A DNA stretch of 64,000 nucleotides from an uncultured delta proteobacterium (GCA_963761335.1 CAVXGR010000005.1:64001-128000); one strand, 5' to 3'. Positions 19,506 through 29,920 are shown, counted from the stretch's first letter. Notes: generated by a model from the sequence alone, not told the origin. A program made the numbers and translations.

Positions 19506-20978
19506 TCACAGCTCCCCCTCGGCGCGGCCGAAGACCAGCTGCAGGAGGTGGCGGCTCTCGCGGGTGACGAAGAAGCAGAGGTGGTCCCCGGAGCGGAGCT
19601 GCGTCAGGCCACGCGGCGCCAGCACCTCGTCGTCGCGCAGGACGATGGTGAGCACGCAGCCCGCGGGCAGGGGCAGGTCCTGCACGCAGGCGCCGCAGGC
19701 GGCGGAGGCGGGGTGCATGCCGTACCAGACGAACTCGCCGGCGTAGTCGCGCAGGGCGATGAGCTCGACGCTCGCCGGTGAATCGCTGGCGGTCTCCCGC
19801 GCCAGTCCCATGCGGCGCGCTACCCAGGTGACCGTGGCGCCGGGCAGCAGGCTGTTGACCACCACCACGAAGAACACCAGGTGGAAGATGGCGTCGCCGC
19901 CGGGAACGCCGCGCAGCGCCGGGTACATGGCGAGGATGATGGGCACGGCGCCGCGCAGCCCCACCCAGCAGATGAAGCGCCGCTGGCGGGAGGTGAAGTC
20001 GAAGGGGTAGAGCGTGATCGCCGTCGCCAGCGGCCGGGCGACGAAGGCGATGCCGAGCGCCAGGGCAATCCCCGCGGGCAGCAACGGCCATAGCCGCGAA
20101 GGGAAGACCAGGAGGCCCAGCATGAGAAACATGAGCGTCTGTGCCAGCCACGCCAGCGAGTCGTGAAAGCGGCGCACGCCGGCGCGGTAGGGCAGGGGCC
20201 CGGCGCCGAGAATCATGGCGGCGATGTAGACGGCGAGAAAGCCGCTGCCGTGGACGACGGTCGGCATGCCGAAGGCGATGAAGGCGAGCCCGACGGTGAC
20301 CACCGGGTAGAGCCCGGCGACCGGCAGCCGCACGCGTTGCAGGAGGAACCTCCCGCCGTAGCCGACCAGAGCGCCGCCGAGAGCGCCGAGGGCAAACTGC
20401 TGCGCCAGCAGCCCGACGGTGCCGAGAATTCCGTAGCCGCGGCCGACCAGAGCCTCGGTGGTGAGGAAGGTGAGGAGAACGGCCATGGGGTCGTTGAGAC
20501 CCGACTCGACCTCGAGCACGGCGCCGGTCTTCTCCTGGAGGCGTATCTGGCTGGTGCGCAGGATCGAGAACACGGCGGCGGCGTCGGTGGACGACACGAC
20601 GCTGCCGACGAGCAACGCCAAGGGGAGCGAGAGCCCCAGCAGGAGCCCGAGCCCGGCGACGATGCCGGCGGTGAGCACTACGCCGACGGTGGCCAGGGCC
20701 GCTCCCTGCCATGCCACGCTCCGGAACACCGCCGGCGAGGTGTTGAGGCCGCCGTCGAAGAGGATCAGCACCAGAGCCGCGACGCCGATGCGAAAGCCGA
20801 GGGAGTAGTCGGCGAAGGGGATTCCGCCGAGGCCCTCGGACCCTGCCGCCATGCCGAGCGCCAGGAAGACGAGAAGCGCCGGAACCCCGAGGAGCCGCGA
20901 CACCGTGCTGGCGGCGCCGGCGGTGATCAGCAGAGTGCCGACGAGGGCGAGCAGAACGGCAGTGGCGAATGGTTCCAT
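19506..20978 (-). CDS. cvrA: K+/H+ antiporter (CvrA/NhaP2) with TrkA-C domain
   Basis: LFDGGL, SSTDAAAV, ESGLNDPM and GLRGAVPI motifs. Confidence 0.9.
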   Translation of the reverse strand: MEPFATAVLLALVGTLLITAGAASTVSRLLGVPALLVFLALGMAAGSEGLGGIPFADYSLGFRIGVAALVLILFDGGLNTSPAVFRSVAWQGAALATVGVVLTAGIVAGLGLLLGLSLPLALLVGSVVSSTDAAAVFSILRTSQIRLQEKTGAVLEVESGLNDPMAVLLTFLTTEALVGRGYGILGTVGLLAQQFALGALGGALVGYGGRFLLQRVRLPVAGLYPVVTVGLAFIAFGMPTVVHGSGFLAVYIAAMILGAGPLPYRAGVRRFHDSLAWLAQTLMFLMLGLLVFPSRLWPLLPAGIALALGIAFVARPLATAITLYPFDFTSRQRRFICWVGLRGAVPIILAMYPALRGVPGGDAIFHLVFFVVVVNSLLPGATVTWVARRMGLARETASDSPASVELIALRDYAGEFVWYGMHPASAACGACVQDLPLPAGCVLTIVLRDDEVLAPRGLTQLRSGDHLCFFVTRESRHLLQLVFGRAEGEL

Positions 20979-21008
20979 CGGCTCATCACCGCGCCACTGC
21001 CCGCGGGC

Positions 21009-21992
21009 TCAGGGGATCAGCAGGATCGATCCGGTCGTCTTGCGCGCCTCGAGGTCGCGGTGTGCCTCCGCCGCCTTCTCCAGCGGATACGTCTGCTTGA
21101 TCTCGATCTTCACGGCGCCGTACTCGACCAACCGAAAGAGCTCGTTCGCCGACTCCAGCAGCTCGGCGCGGCTGGCGGTGTAGGTCATCAGCGTCGGCCG
21201 AGTGATGTACAGCGATCCCTTCATCGACAGCGTCGCCAGGTTGAACGGCGGCACCGGTCCGGAGGCGTTGCCGAAGCTCACCATCATGCCCCGCGGGCTG
21301 AGACAGTCGAGCGATCCCTCGAAGGTCGCCTTGCCCACCGAGTCGTACACCACCGGCACGCCCTTGCCGTGGGTGATCTCGCGCACGCGGTCAGTGAAGC
21401 TCTCGCGCGTGTAGACGATGGTGTGGGTGCAGCCGTGCTCCCGCGCCAGGTCTGCCTTCTCATCGGTGCCGACGGTGCCGATGACGGTGGCGCCGATGTG
21501 CCGGGCCCACTGGCTGGCGATGGTGCCGACGCCGCCGGCGGCGGCGTGCAGCAGAATGGTGTCGCCCGGCTGCACCGCATAGGTGCGGCGCAGCAGGTAC
21601 TCGGCGGTCATTCCCTTGAGCATCATCGCCGCCGCCTCGCGGTCGCTGATGGTGTCGGGCAGGGGCAGCAGTCGATCGGCGGGCATCAGTCGCCGCTCGG
21701 CGTAGGCGCCGAGCGGCGGGCTGGCGTAGGCGACTCGGGTGCCGACCGCCAGATCGGCAACGTTCGGACCCACGGCCTCGACCACCCCGGCGCCTTCCAT
21801 GCCGATGACGCACGGCGTCTCCGGGACCGGATACAGGCCGGTGCGGTGGTAGACGTCGATGAAGTTGACGCCGATGGCCGTCTGCCGGATGCGGGCCTCG
21901 CCCGCTCCGGGCTCGCCGATGTCGACCTCGTCGAAGCGCAGCTCCTCCGGACCGCCCTGGGCGTGGATGCGTATCGCTCTCGTCTTTGCCAT
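21009..21992 (-). CDS. qor: NADPH:quinone oxidoreductase (zeta-crystallin family)
   Basis: GVNFID.Y.RTGLY, HAAAGGVG, VVYDSVGK and TTGS motifs. Confidence 0.92.
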   Translation of the reverse strand: MAKTRAIRIHAQGGPEELRFDEVDIGEPGAGEARIRQTAIGVNFIDVYHRTGLYPVPETPCVIGMEGAGVVEAVGPNVADLAVGTRVAYASPPLGAYAERRLMPADRLLPLPDTISDREAAAMMLKGMTAEYLLRRTYAVQPGDTILLHAAAGGVGTIASQWARHIGATVIGTVGTDEKADLAREHGCTHTIVYTRESFTDRVREITHGKGVPVVYDSVGKATFEGSLDCLSPRGMMVSFGNASGPVPPFNLATLSMKGSLYITRPTLMTYTASRAELLESANELFRLVEYGAVKIEIKQTYPLEKAAEAHRDLEARKTTGSILLIP

Positions 21993-22178
21993 TCTGCCGA
22001 CTCCGTCTGCCCAGGGCAGCCTGCGCAAGCGAGGCGGTGGTGTCAAGGCAGGTGGCTCGGTCACTCAGTGGCTCGGTGTCGGGGTTGGCGGGCGACACCT
22101 GCAGCGGCTCAGTGCGTGGCCAGCGCCATCGGCACCGGCCGCTGGAACGGAGCGGGCGGAATAGATAAGCGTACGGCC

Positions 22179-23165
22179 ATGAGCGACGACCGCGTCCGGC
22201 TTGCCGGCACCGACATCGACATCCCGCGCCTCGGGCTCGGCACCTGGGCCTGGGGAGACCGCTCGACGTGGGGGATGAACGACTACGACCCCAGCTACGG
22301 GTTCGACACCATCCGCGAGGCGTATCGCGCCTCGGTCGCCGCCGGGGTGACCTTTCTCGATACCGCCGAGGGCTACGGCAACGGCGAGAGCGAGCGCATC
22401 GTCGGGCGCCTCCTGCAGGAGGACCCCGAGAACCGTTCGCGCGTCGTGGTGGCGAGCAAGTTCAATCCCTTCCCGTGGAAGATCTTCGTCTCCTCGTCCC
22501 TGATGTCGTCGCTGCGCGCCTCGCTGGAGCGGCTGCAGATACCGTTCGTGCACCTCTACCAGATTCACGGCCCCATCAGCCTGCGCTCGCATGCCGCCAT
22601 GGCCGATGCCCTCGCGGAAGCGCACGGGGCAGGGCTGGTGAAGGCCGTCGGCGTCTCCAACTACTCCGAGAAGGAGATGCGCTCCATTCACGCCGAGCTC
22701 GGCAAGCGCGGCATCGCCCTGGCCAGCAACCAGGTGGAGTACTCGCTGCTGCGCACCATGCCGGAGAAGGTCGGGCTGCTCGCCGCCTGCAAGCAGCTCG
22801 GCGTCGTGCTGCTCGCCTACTCGCCGATTGCGCAGGGCCGGCTGACGGGGAAATACAGCGCCCAGAATCCTCCCAAGGGCAGCCGCCAGTTCTCGAACTT
22901 CCCGATGGCGGAGGTCGAGCCGATCGTCGCCGAGCTGCGGCGACTCGGCGAGTCCCACGGCGGCCGGACGCCGGCGCAGGTGGCGCTCAACTGGCTCATT
23001 TGCAAGGGCGCCGTGCCCATCCCCGGCGCCAAGAACAAGTCGCAGGCGGAGCAGAACGGCGGCGCCCTGGGATGGAGCCTGACGGAGGAAGAGGTGCAGC
23101 GGCTCGAGCAGCTGAGCAAGTACGGCCAGCGCCGCATCTTCCACCGCATCTGGCAGCACGGCTAG
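22179..23165 (+). CDS. Aldo/keto reductase
   Basis: LGLGTW, DTAEGYG, VGVSNY, NQVEYSLL and AYSPIAQG motifs. Confidence 0.93.
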   Translation: MSDDRVRLAGTDIDIPRLGLGTWAWGDRSTWGMNDYDPSYGFDTIREAYRASVAAGVTFLDTAEGYGNGESERIVGRLLQEDPENRSRVVVASKFNPFPWKIFVSSSLMSSLRASLERLQIPFVHLYQIHGPISLRSHAAMADALAEAHGAGLVKAVGVSNYSEKEMRSIHAELGKRGIALASNQVEYSLLRTMPEKVGLLAACKQLGVVLLAYSPIAQGRLTGKYSAQNPPKGSRQFSNFPMAEVEPIVAELRRLGESHGGRTPAQVALNWLICKGAVPIPGAKNKSQAEQNGGALGWSLTEEEVQRLEQLSKYGQRRIFHRIWQHG

Positions 23166-23254
23166 GCGAATCGCCGGCACGGCATAGCAAAGTTGCTAGA
23201 TGCGAGCCATTGATAACGATGATCGATCCCCGTCCGCACCGCTGCGAGAGTGGG

Positions 23255-23394
23255 TTCCCTCTCCCGCATTGCCTGCGGAAGAGGGCCAGGGTGAGGGTGC
23301 CGATCTCTCTGAAGCGCCGCAAAGGTCACGAGGTTTCAGTGAAGAAGGGACCCCTCACCTTAGTCCTCTCCCCGCGGAAATGCGGGGAGAGGAG
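23255..23394. repeat. Inverted pair of CCCTCTCCC..GAGGG..GGGTGAGGG palindromic repeats
   Basis: 23255-23298 and 23351-23394 are reverse complements, each with an internal hairpin. Confidence 0.8.
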
Positions 23395-23459
23395 ACCCTG
23401 GCGCGTCGGGCCGAAGGGATGGGCACGAACGTCAGATCGGCAGCTTGACAGGGTACCGA

Positions 23460-23873
23460 ATGGCCGAGGACAGCTGCATCTTCTGCAGGATCGTTCGCGG
23501 TGAGATGCCCGCGGACCGCGTCTACGAGGACGAGAGCACCTTGGTGTTCATGGACATCTTTCCGGTGACCGCCGGGCATACGCTGGTGATCACCAAGGAG
23601 CACTTCGCCGACCTGTTTGCGGCGACGCCCGAATCCCTGCGCGCCGTCGCCGCGACCGCGAAGAAGGTCGCCGAGGCGATACGGCGCTCCCTGGCCCCGG
23701 ACGGTCTGATGGTCTTTCAGCTCAACGGGGTCGCCGCCGGGCAATCGGTCTTCCACTTCCACATGCACCTTCTGCCCCGCGCCAACGGCGAGCCGCTGGC
23801 GCTGCACTCGCGCGTCGCCGGCGACCCCGCGCGTCTGCGCCAGCTGGCGGCGATGATCACCGCGGCGCTTTGA
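23460..23873 (+). CDS. HIT family hydrolase
   Basis: CIFC, GHTLVI and HFHMH histidine triad. Confidence 0.93.
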   Translation: MAEDSCIFCRIVRGEMPADRVYEDESTLVFMDIFPVTAGHTLVITKEHFADLFAATPESLRAVAATAKKVAEAIRRSLAPDGLMVFQLNGVAAGQSVFHFHMHLLPRANGEPLALHSRVAGDPARLRQLAAMITAAL

Positions 23874-25066
23874 ATCACAAGAACGCCTTTCGGCTGCTCT
23901 TCGCCTGCCTCCTCTCGATCGGGATGGGGCAGTCGATGCTGTTCGCCATCCTGCCGCCGGCGGCGCGAGAGATCGGCATCACGCCGTTTCAGGTGTCGAC
24001 CATCTTCGCCGCTTCCGCCTCGATCTGGGTCTTCGTGAGCCCCATGTGGGGACGGCGCAGCGACATCATCGGTCGCCGGCCGGTGATCCTCATCGGCCTG
24101 CTCGGCTTCGCCCTGTCGATGGTGCTGCTGGCGGCGATGATTGCCGTCGGCCTCCGCAAGCTTCTGCCGGTGCTCGCCGTCTATCCGTTGATGATCGCGG
24201 CGCGCTGCGTCTTCGCTCTTCTCGGCTCCGGCACCGGACCGGCGTCACAGGCCTACGTCGCCGACCGCACCAGCCGCGCCGAGCGCGCCGCCGGCGTCGC
24301 CCTGGTGAGCGCCGCCCTCGGTCTCGGCCAGACCGTCGGCCCCGCGGTCGGCGCGATCCTCGCCGTCCACGGCCTGCTGACACCCCTGTACTTCTCGGCC
24401 GGGTTGGCGGTGATCAGCGCCTTTGCCATTCTCCTCTTCCTGCCCGAGGAAGGACCGCCGGTGGCGAAGGGCGCCGAACGGCCGCCGCGGTTGAAGTTCC
24501 GCGACCCGCGCATCACCCCCTTCCTGCTGATCGCCGCCTGTCTGCAGGCGGTGCGCTCGACGACGGTGATCACCCTGGCCTTCTATCTCCAGGACTCGCT
24601 CCGGCTGACGGCCCAGCAGACGGTACAGTACGCCGGAATCGGCTTCGTGGTTCTCGCCGTCGCCGGTCTCTTCGCCCAGCTCGTCCTGGTGCAGCGGCTG
24701 CAGCCGACGCCGCGAGCGATGATTCGCAGCGGTGTGCCGCTGGCGCTGACGGCGTTCGTGGTGATCGTCATCGGTCGCGGCTTCGCCGTCGACCTGGTGG
24801 CGCTGGCGCTGCTCGGCGCCGGCCTCGGCCTGGTGCGTCCGGGCAACGCGGCGGCGGCGTCGCTCTCCGTCGGCGCCCACGAGCAGGGCTCGGTCGCCGG
24901 CGTCACTGCCGCGATCGGCGTGCTCGGCAACGTCTTCGGACCGATGCTGGGGACGGCGCTCTACTCGGCCATGCACATCGCGCCATATCTGCTCAACGCC
25001 TCGATCATGGCCGTGGCGCTGGTGTTCGTGTTCACCAACCGGCGGATCCATCGCGCCGCCGTCTGA
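23870..25066 (+). CDS. MFS transporter (TetA/DHA1-like)
   Basis: WGRRSDIIGRRPV motif A; TTG start overlapping the HIT stop. Confidence 0.88.
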   Translation: MNHKNAFRLLFACLLSIGMGQSMLFAILPPAAREIGITPFQVSTIFAASASIWVFVSPMWGRRSDIIGRRPVILIGLLGFALSMVLLAAMIAVGLRKLLPVLAVYPLMIAARCVFALLGSGTGPASQAYVADRTSRAERAAGVALVSAALGLGQTVGPAVGAILAVHGLLTPLYFSAGLAVISAFAILLFLPEEGPPVAKGAERPPRLKFRDPRITPFLLIAACLQAVRSTTVITLAFYLQDSLRLTAQQTVQYAGIGFVVLAVAGLFAQLVLVQRLQPTPRAMIRSGVPLALTAFVVIVIGRGFAVDLVALALLGAGLGLVRPGNAAAASLSVGAHEQGSVAGVTAAIGVLGNVFGPMLGTALYSAMHIAPYLLNASIMAVALVFVFTNRRIHRAAV

Positions 25067-25123
25067 GGGGAGGGTGAATTACCGCCGGCTTCCGGCTAAG
25101 GACTCTTGCGGGAGGACTCGCAC

Positions 25124-25975
25124 ATGCAGAATTTCGAGGGCAAGGTCGCGGTGATCACCGGCGCCGCCAGCGGCATCGGCCTGGCGCTGGCCGAGGCCGC
25201 CGCCGCGGCAAAGATGAAGGTGGCGCTCGCCGACGTCGAGCGCCAGGCGCTGGCAGCGGCGGAGGAGCGGCTGCGCGCCAGCGGCGCGGAAGTTCTCGCC
25301 GCCGTCACCGATGTCTCCGACGCCGCCTCCGTCGAGTCGCTGCGCGACCGGGTGATCGGCGAATGGGGCGCTGTCCACCTGCTCTGCAACAACGCCGGCG
25401 TCGCCGTGTCCGGCTTCACGTGGGAGATCACCACGGACGACTGGACGTGGATTCTCGGCGTCAATCTGTGGGGGGTGATTCACGGCATCCGCGCCTTCGT
25501 GCCCGGCATGCTCGCCGCGGGGGAGCCGGCCCACGTGGTCAACACCGCGTCCATGGCCGGGCTGGTCGCCGGTGGGGGGATGTCGCCGTACAACGCCACC
25601 AAGCACGCCGTGGTCGCCATCTCCGAGAGCATGCACCACGAGCTGACGCTCTCGGCATCGCCGGTGCACGTGTCGGTGCTCTGCCCCGGATGGGTGAGCA
25701 CGCGCATCATGGACTCGGAGCGCAATCGCCCGGCGGCCCTGGCGCACACCGTCGACCGCAGCGCCCATCCGGAGTTCGCCGCCATCGAGACGATGGCGCG
25801 CCAGGCGCTCGCCGCCGGCATGCCGCCTGCCGAGATCGCCAAGCGGGTGTTCGCGGCGGTGCGCGATGAACGCTTCTGGATTCTCACGCACGAGGATTTC
25901 AAGCCGGCGGTGCGCATCCGCTTCGAAGCCGCCATCGAGGGACGCAACCCCGAGCTGCGCCTGCCCGGCCGGTGA
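25124..25975 (+). CDS. Short-chain dehydrogenase/reductase
   Basis: TGAASGIG, NNAG and YNATK motifs. Confidence 0.93.
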   Translation: MQNFEGKVAVITGAASGIGLALAEAAAAAKMKVALADVERQALAAAEERLRASGAEVLAAVTDVSDAASVESLRDRVIGEWGAVHLLCNNAGVAVSGFTWEITTDDWTWILGVNLWGVIHGIRAFVPGMLAAGEPAHVVNTASMAGLVAGGGMSPYNATKHAVVAISESMHHELTLSASPVHVSVLCPGWVSTRIMDSERNRPAALAHTVDRSAHPEFAAIETMARQALAAGMPPAEIAKRVFAAVRDERFWILTHEDFKPAVRIRFEAAIEGRNPELRLPGR

Positions 25976-26002
25976 CGCCATGGGCCTCTGTCCGTCTCCA
26001 CC

Positions 26003-26152
26003 CATCCCCGGTTCTCATCCCCGGTTCTCATCCCGTCGTTTTCCATTCGCCCTGACAGCCGCGGGATACCCCCGACTGATCCGGCCTGCGCGCCGCTTTC
26101 AGAACAATGGAAAACGACGGGATGAGAACCGGGGATGAGAACCGGGAATGAG
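26003..26152 (+). repeat. Long-hairpin element (CTCATCCCCGGTTCTCATCCCGTCGTTTTCCATT / AATGGAAAACGACGGGATGAGAACCGGG), copy 1
   Basis: 35-45 bp inverted arms containing a 13-nt tandem unit; copies at 29788 and 31598. Confidence 0.9.
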
Positions 26153-26244
26153 GGGGTAGGGACCAAACGGACTGATGTTGAAACGCCCCTTTTCTGTTAT
26201 ATGGCGAGGATCGCGCGGCCGATGCGCCGCACCAGGAGAAGGAA

Positions 26245-26577
26245 ATGTTCGAAGGTCTGTTTGCACCCACCCACCTGATTCTCGTCCTCTTCATCGCCCT
26301 GATCTTCTTCGGCCCGGGCAAGCTGCCCGAGCTGGGCGAGGCCCTGGGCAAGAGCATTCGCGAGTTCCGCAAGGGAGTTCGCGCCATGAGCGAGGATGCT
26401 CTCGCCGAGGATGCTCTCGCGGAGGATGGGCTCGCTGCCGAAAACGTGGCAACGGCCCTGCCCCCGAGCTCCGGCGTCAGCTGCGCCACCTGCGGTACGG
26501 TGAGCACGGCGCAGAATCACTTCTGCGGCAAGTGCGGACAGGCACTGGCCGAGCCGGTCGCGGCGGGCGCTTCCTGA
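26245..26577 (+). CDS. tatA: TatA/E translocase subunit fused to a C-terminal zinc ribbon
   Basis: LIFFGPGKLPELGEALGKSIREFRK, then CATC...CGKC. Confidence 0.85.
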   Translation: MFEGLFAPTHLILVLFIALIFFGPGKLPELGEALGKSIREFRKGVRAMSEDALAEDALAEDGLAAENVATALPPSSGVSCATCGTVSTAQNHFCGKCGQALAEPVAAGAS

Positions 26578-26636
26578 GCCGTCCGGCGGCTCGCCGGGCG
26601 ATTGACTTCGCCGTTCTCCTCAGCCAGAGACGGCGG

Positions 26637-27002
26637 ATGGAGCTGACAGAACTGACGCCTGAGGAGCGTGTCGCCCTCGTGGGTTTGCTGGAGGTCATCG
26701 TCGGTGCCGATCGCAACCCGTCCGATGAGGAAGCCGAGCAGCTGGACAGGATCATCGCCGCGATGGGCGAGGATGCCTACCGCCGCGCCGCGGAGGACGT
26801 CGATCGCCGCTTTCACGACGAGAAGGAGCTGCGCGTGCTTCTGCAGACGATCGAGCGCCCCGAAGCCCGTGAGCTGATCTACGAGACAGCGGTGGAAGCC
26901 GCGCTCCCCGACTCCATCGAGTCGCACGTATCGGAGCTGCTCGGCTGGCTTGCCCAGGCTTGGGGGCTGACGACGCGCTTTCAGGGACCCGAGGACGCCT
27001 GA
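26637..27002 (+). CDS. Hypothetical helical protein (TerB-like)
   Basis: ADRNPSDEEAE and D.IE...ELL..LA.AW resemble the two acidic TerB motifs. Confidence 0.6.
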   Translation: MELTELTPEERVALVGLLEVIVGADRNPSDEEAEQLDRIIAAMGEDAYRRAAEDVDRRFHDEKELRVLLQTIERPEARELIYETAVEAALPDSIESHVSELLGWLAQAWGLTTRFQGPEDA

Positions 27003-27020
27003 GCCGCGGGGACGCACCCG

Positions 27021-28169
27021 ATGGACCTGGTCGTCGATGCCGATGGACACGTGCTCGAGCCGGGGGATGTCTGGGAGCGATACCTCGAGCGCGCCGAGCG
27101 CCGGCGCGCCATTCGCGTCCGCCGCGGCAGCGACGGCCGCGATTTTCTCGAGATCGACGGCCGCCCCGCAAGGCTGACCACGCCGGAGATGCTCGGCGGC
27201 TTCGGCGGCATGGGGAAGCCGCTCGAGGAGCTCGCCGTGGCGACGCTGTCGGGGCGCTACGCCGAGAACGCGCCTGCCGCCGCCACCGATCCGGCGGCGC
27301 GCCTGCAGCGGCTCGACGACGACGGCCTCAGCCACGCTCTGCTCTACCCCAGCCTCGGCCTGCAGTGGGAAGCCGAGGTGCGCGATCCCGCCTACGCCCT
27401 GGCACACTGTCGGGCGTACAACCGCTGGATCGAGGAGTTCTGCGCCGACAGCGGCGGCCGGCTCGTGCCGATCGCGCACCTGTCGCTCGGTGACGCCGCC
27501 GCCGCTGCCGGAGAGCTGCGCCGCGCCGTGCGCGCCGGCGCCCGCGGCGCCTTCGTGCTGCCGTTCACTTTGGACGGCCTGCCGCACGGCCATCCGGCAC
27601 ACGACCCGCTCTGGGCGGCAGCGCAAGATCTCGATGTGCCCATCGCCATCCACACCGGCGTCGATCCGAAGGCGCGCGACATGTACCGGCGCTTCGATGA
27701 GCTCCAGTGGCCGGAGAACCTCGTCAGCGGCATCTTCTACCTGCAGATGATGTTTCCGCAGGCGGTGCAGCAGGCGTTCACCACCTTCTTCCTGTTCGGC
27801 ACCTTCGACCGCTTTCCGCGGCTGCGGCTGGTGGTGCTGGAGTCGGGGGCCGGCTGGCTCGGCTACTGGATGGATCGCATGGACGCGCTCTACAAGGGGC
27901 CGCTGCGCGTCACCATGGAGCTTCGCGAGCTGCCGAGCACCTACGTGCGCCGCCAGTGCTGGATCTCCGCGGATCCCGACGAGGGCACGCTGCCGTTGAT
28001 GATGGACTACGTCGGCGCCGACCGTTTCGTCTGGGGCAGCGACTTCCCCCACAGCGACCACGACGCCGACTACATGGACGAGCTGCGTGCCGTCAGCGCG
28101 CGCCTCGAGCCCGCTGCCGCGACTGCCCTGCTGGGCGCGACCGCGGCACAGCTGTACGGGCTGGGGTAG
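27021..28169 (+). CDS. Amidohydrolase_2 family protein
   Basis: DADGHV, IAIH, LESGAGW and WGSDFPH motifs. Confidence 0.92.
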   Translation: MDLVVDADGHVLEPGDVWERYLERAERRRAIRVRRGSDGRDFLEIDGRPARLTTPEMLGGFGGMGKPLEELAVATLSGRYAENAPAAATDPAARLQRLDDDGLSHALLYPSLGLQWEAEVRDPAYALAHCRAYNRWIEEFCADSGGRLVPIAHLSLGDAAAAAGELRRAVRAGARGAFVLPFTLDGLPHGHPAHDPLWAAAQDLDVPIAIHTGVDPKARDMYRRFDELQWPENLVSGIFYLQMMFPQAVQQAFTTFFLFGTFDRFPRLRLVVLESGAGWLGYWMDRMDALYKGPLRVTMELRELPSTYVRRQCWISADPDEGTLPLMMDYVGADRFVWGSDFPHSDHDADYMDELRAVSARLEPAAATALLGATAAQLYGLG

Positions 28170-28174
28170 ATACG

Positions 28175-29764
28175 ATGGGTCAGGCATTGGCGCTCGTCGC
28201 GGCGAGCGCCTTCGCCTTGGCTCTCTACGCCCGCGTCGAATGGCCCTGGCTGATTTTCGGCTGGGTCGGTCTGGTGCCCTGGCTGGCGGCGCTCGACCGC
28301 AGTCGATCGTTGCGCAGTGCGCTCGCTTGCGGGCTGCTGATGAGCGCCGCCTTCTGCGTTGCCGTGTTCGGCTGGTTGGTTACCGCCGTGCAGAGCTACA
28401 CCGGCGTCTCCACCGCGACTGCCGTCCTCCTGCTCCTCGTTCTTTCGCCGTTCCTCCAGCCGCAGTTCCCCGCCTTTGCCATGGTCCGCACCCTGGGGCG
28501 CCGGCGCGGCGCTGCCCGCTGGCAAGCGGCGCTGCTCGGCGCCTTTGCCTATACCGGCGCGGAGTGGGTCTGCCCGAAGCTGTTCGCCGACACCATCGGC
28601 CACGGCCTCTATGCCTCGAGGCTGATGCGGCAGGCTGCTGACCTCGCCGGTGCCGGCGGCCTCACGTTCGTCCTCGTGCTCGCCAACGAAGGCGCGCTGG
28701 CGGCGCTGCGCGCCGTCCGCCGGCCCGCCCGCTTCGGCGAACGGATGCGCGCCGCGGCGGCGCCCTCTGCCTGCATCGCCGCTCTGGTTCTCGGTCTCGA
28801 CGCCTACGGGATCGTCCGCATCGCTCAGCTGCGTCCCGATCCCGCCGGTAGCGCGGCGCTCACCGCAGGCATCGTGCAGGCGGACATCAGTCACTACGAC
28901 CGCCTCGCCGCCGAGATCGGAACCTATGAAGCGGTTCGCCGCATTCTCGACTCTCACTTCGAGCTCTCCGGCGACATCGCCCACCAGTCCGCGCTCGATC
29001 TCCTCATCTGGCCGGAGACGGTCTACCCCACCACTTTCGGCTCGCCCAAGAGCGAGGACGGCGCTGCCTTCGACCGCGAGATCGACGCCTTCGTCGAGCG
29101 TACCCGGGTGCCGCTGCTCTTCGGCGCTTACGACGCGGACGGCGGCGCCGAGTTCAACGCCGCCTTTCTCCTCGAGCCTTCTGCCGATGGTTCGCCAGGC
29201 GTTGCGGCCTACCGCAAGGCGCGGCCCTTTCCGCTGACCGAGGTGGTGCCCACTCTGCTCGACGGCGAGCGCATCCGCCGCTGGCTGCCGTGGCTCGGCA
29301 CCTGGAAGGCCGGGCGCGGCCCGCGGGTGCTGTCGCTGCAGCTGCCTCGGGGCGGCCGCGTGAGCATCGCACCGCTCATCTGCTACGACGCCATCGACCC
29401 GAGCCTCGCCATTGCCGCGGTTCGCCAGGGCGCGGAGCTGTTGGTGACGCTCTCCAACGACTCGTGGTTCGCCGCCGGCGATGGACCGCGCCTCCACCTG
29501 GTGGTCTCCGCTTTCCGCAGCCTGGAGACGCGCCGGCCGCAGCTGCGCGCCACCAACACCGGCATCTCTGCGATCATCACCCCCACCGGCGAGATGCTCG
29601 GCACCCTCGGCGTCGACCGGCGCGGCACGCTCCTCGCCCGCGTGACGCCGGTGCGCCATGCCTCCACTCTGATGCTCGCCTGGGGCGACTGGTTCGGCCC
29701 GGCAAGCCTGGCGGCGGCGGTGCTTCTGCTGCTCTTGCCTGGACGGCGCAGAACAATCGTCTGA
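28175..29764 (+). CDS. lnt: Apolipoprotein N-acyltransferase
   Basis: N-terminal TM helices; WPET, YRK, ICYD, SNDSWF and RATNTGIS motifs. Confidence 0.9.
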   Translation: MGQALALVAASAFALALYARVEWPWLIFGWVGLVPWLAALDRSRSLRSALACGLLMSAAFCVAVFGWLVTAVQSYTGVSTATAVLLLLVLSPFLQPQFPAFAMVRTLGRRRGAARWQAALLGAFAYTGAEWVCPKLFADTIGHGLYASRLMRQAADLAGAGGLTFVLVLANEGALAALRAVRRPARFGERMRAAAAPSACIAALVLGLDAYGIVRIAQLRPDPAGSAALTAGIVQADISHYDRLAAEIGTYEAVRRILDSHFELSGDIAHQSALDLLIWPETVYPTTFGSPKSEDGAAFDREIDAFVERTRVPLLFGAYDADGGAEFNAAFLLEPSADGSPGVAAYRKARPFPLTEVVPTLLDGERIRRWLPWLGTWKAGRGPRVLSLQLPRGGRVSIAPLICYDAIDPSLAIAAVRQGAELLVTLSNDSWFAAGDGPRLHLVVSAFRSLETRRPQLRATNTGISAIITPTGEMLGTLGVDRRGTLLARVTPVRHASTLMLAWGDWFGPASLAAAVLLLLLPGRRRTIV

Positions 29765-29787
29765 CGGCACCCTCCGTATTCATATTC

Positions 29788-29920
29788 GTTCTCATCCCCG
29801 GTTCTCATCCCGTCGTTTTCCATTCGCTCTGGCGGCCGCGGGTGCCGAAGCGACCGGCCAGCTCATTTGCGGTGCTCAGAACAACGGAAGACGACGGGAT
29901 GAGAACCGGGGATGAGAATG
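29788..29920 (+). repeat. Long-hairpin element, copy 2
   Basis: Same arms as 26003-26152 with a different loop. Confidence 0.9.

Noticed and set aside
20163..22178. Apparent long N-terminal fusions in the ORF track (1000-aa AKR; also zwf, lnt, SnoaL, LamG, cyclase)
   Set aside because: The extensions overlap other real genes or repeats; the family domains begin at downstream start codons.
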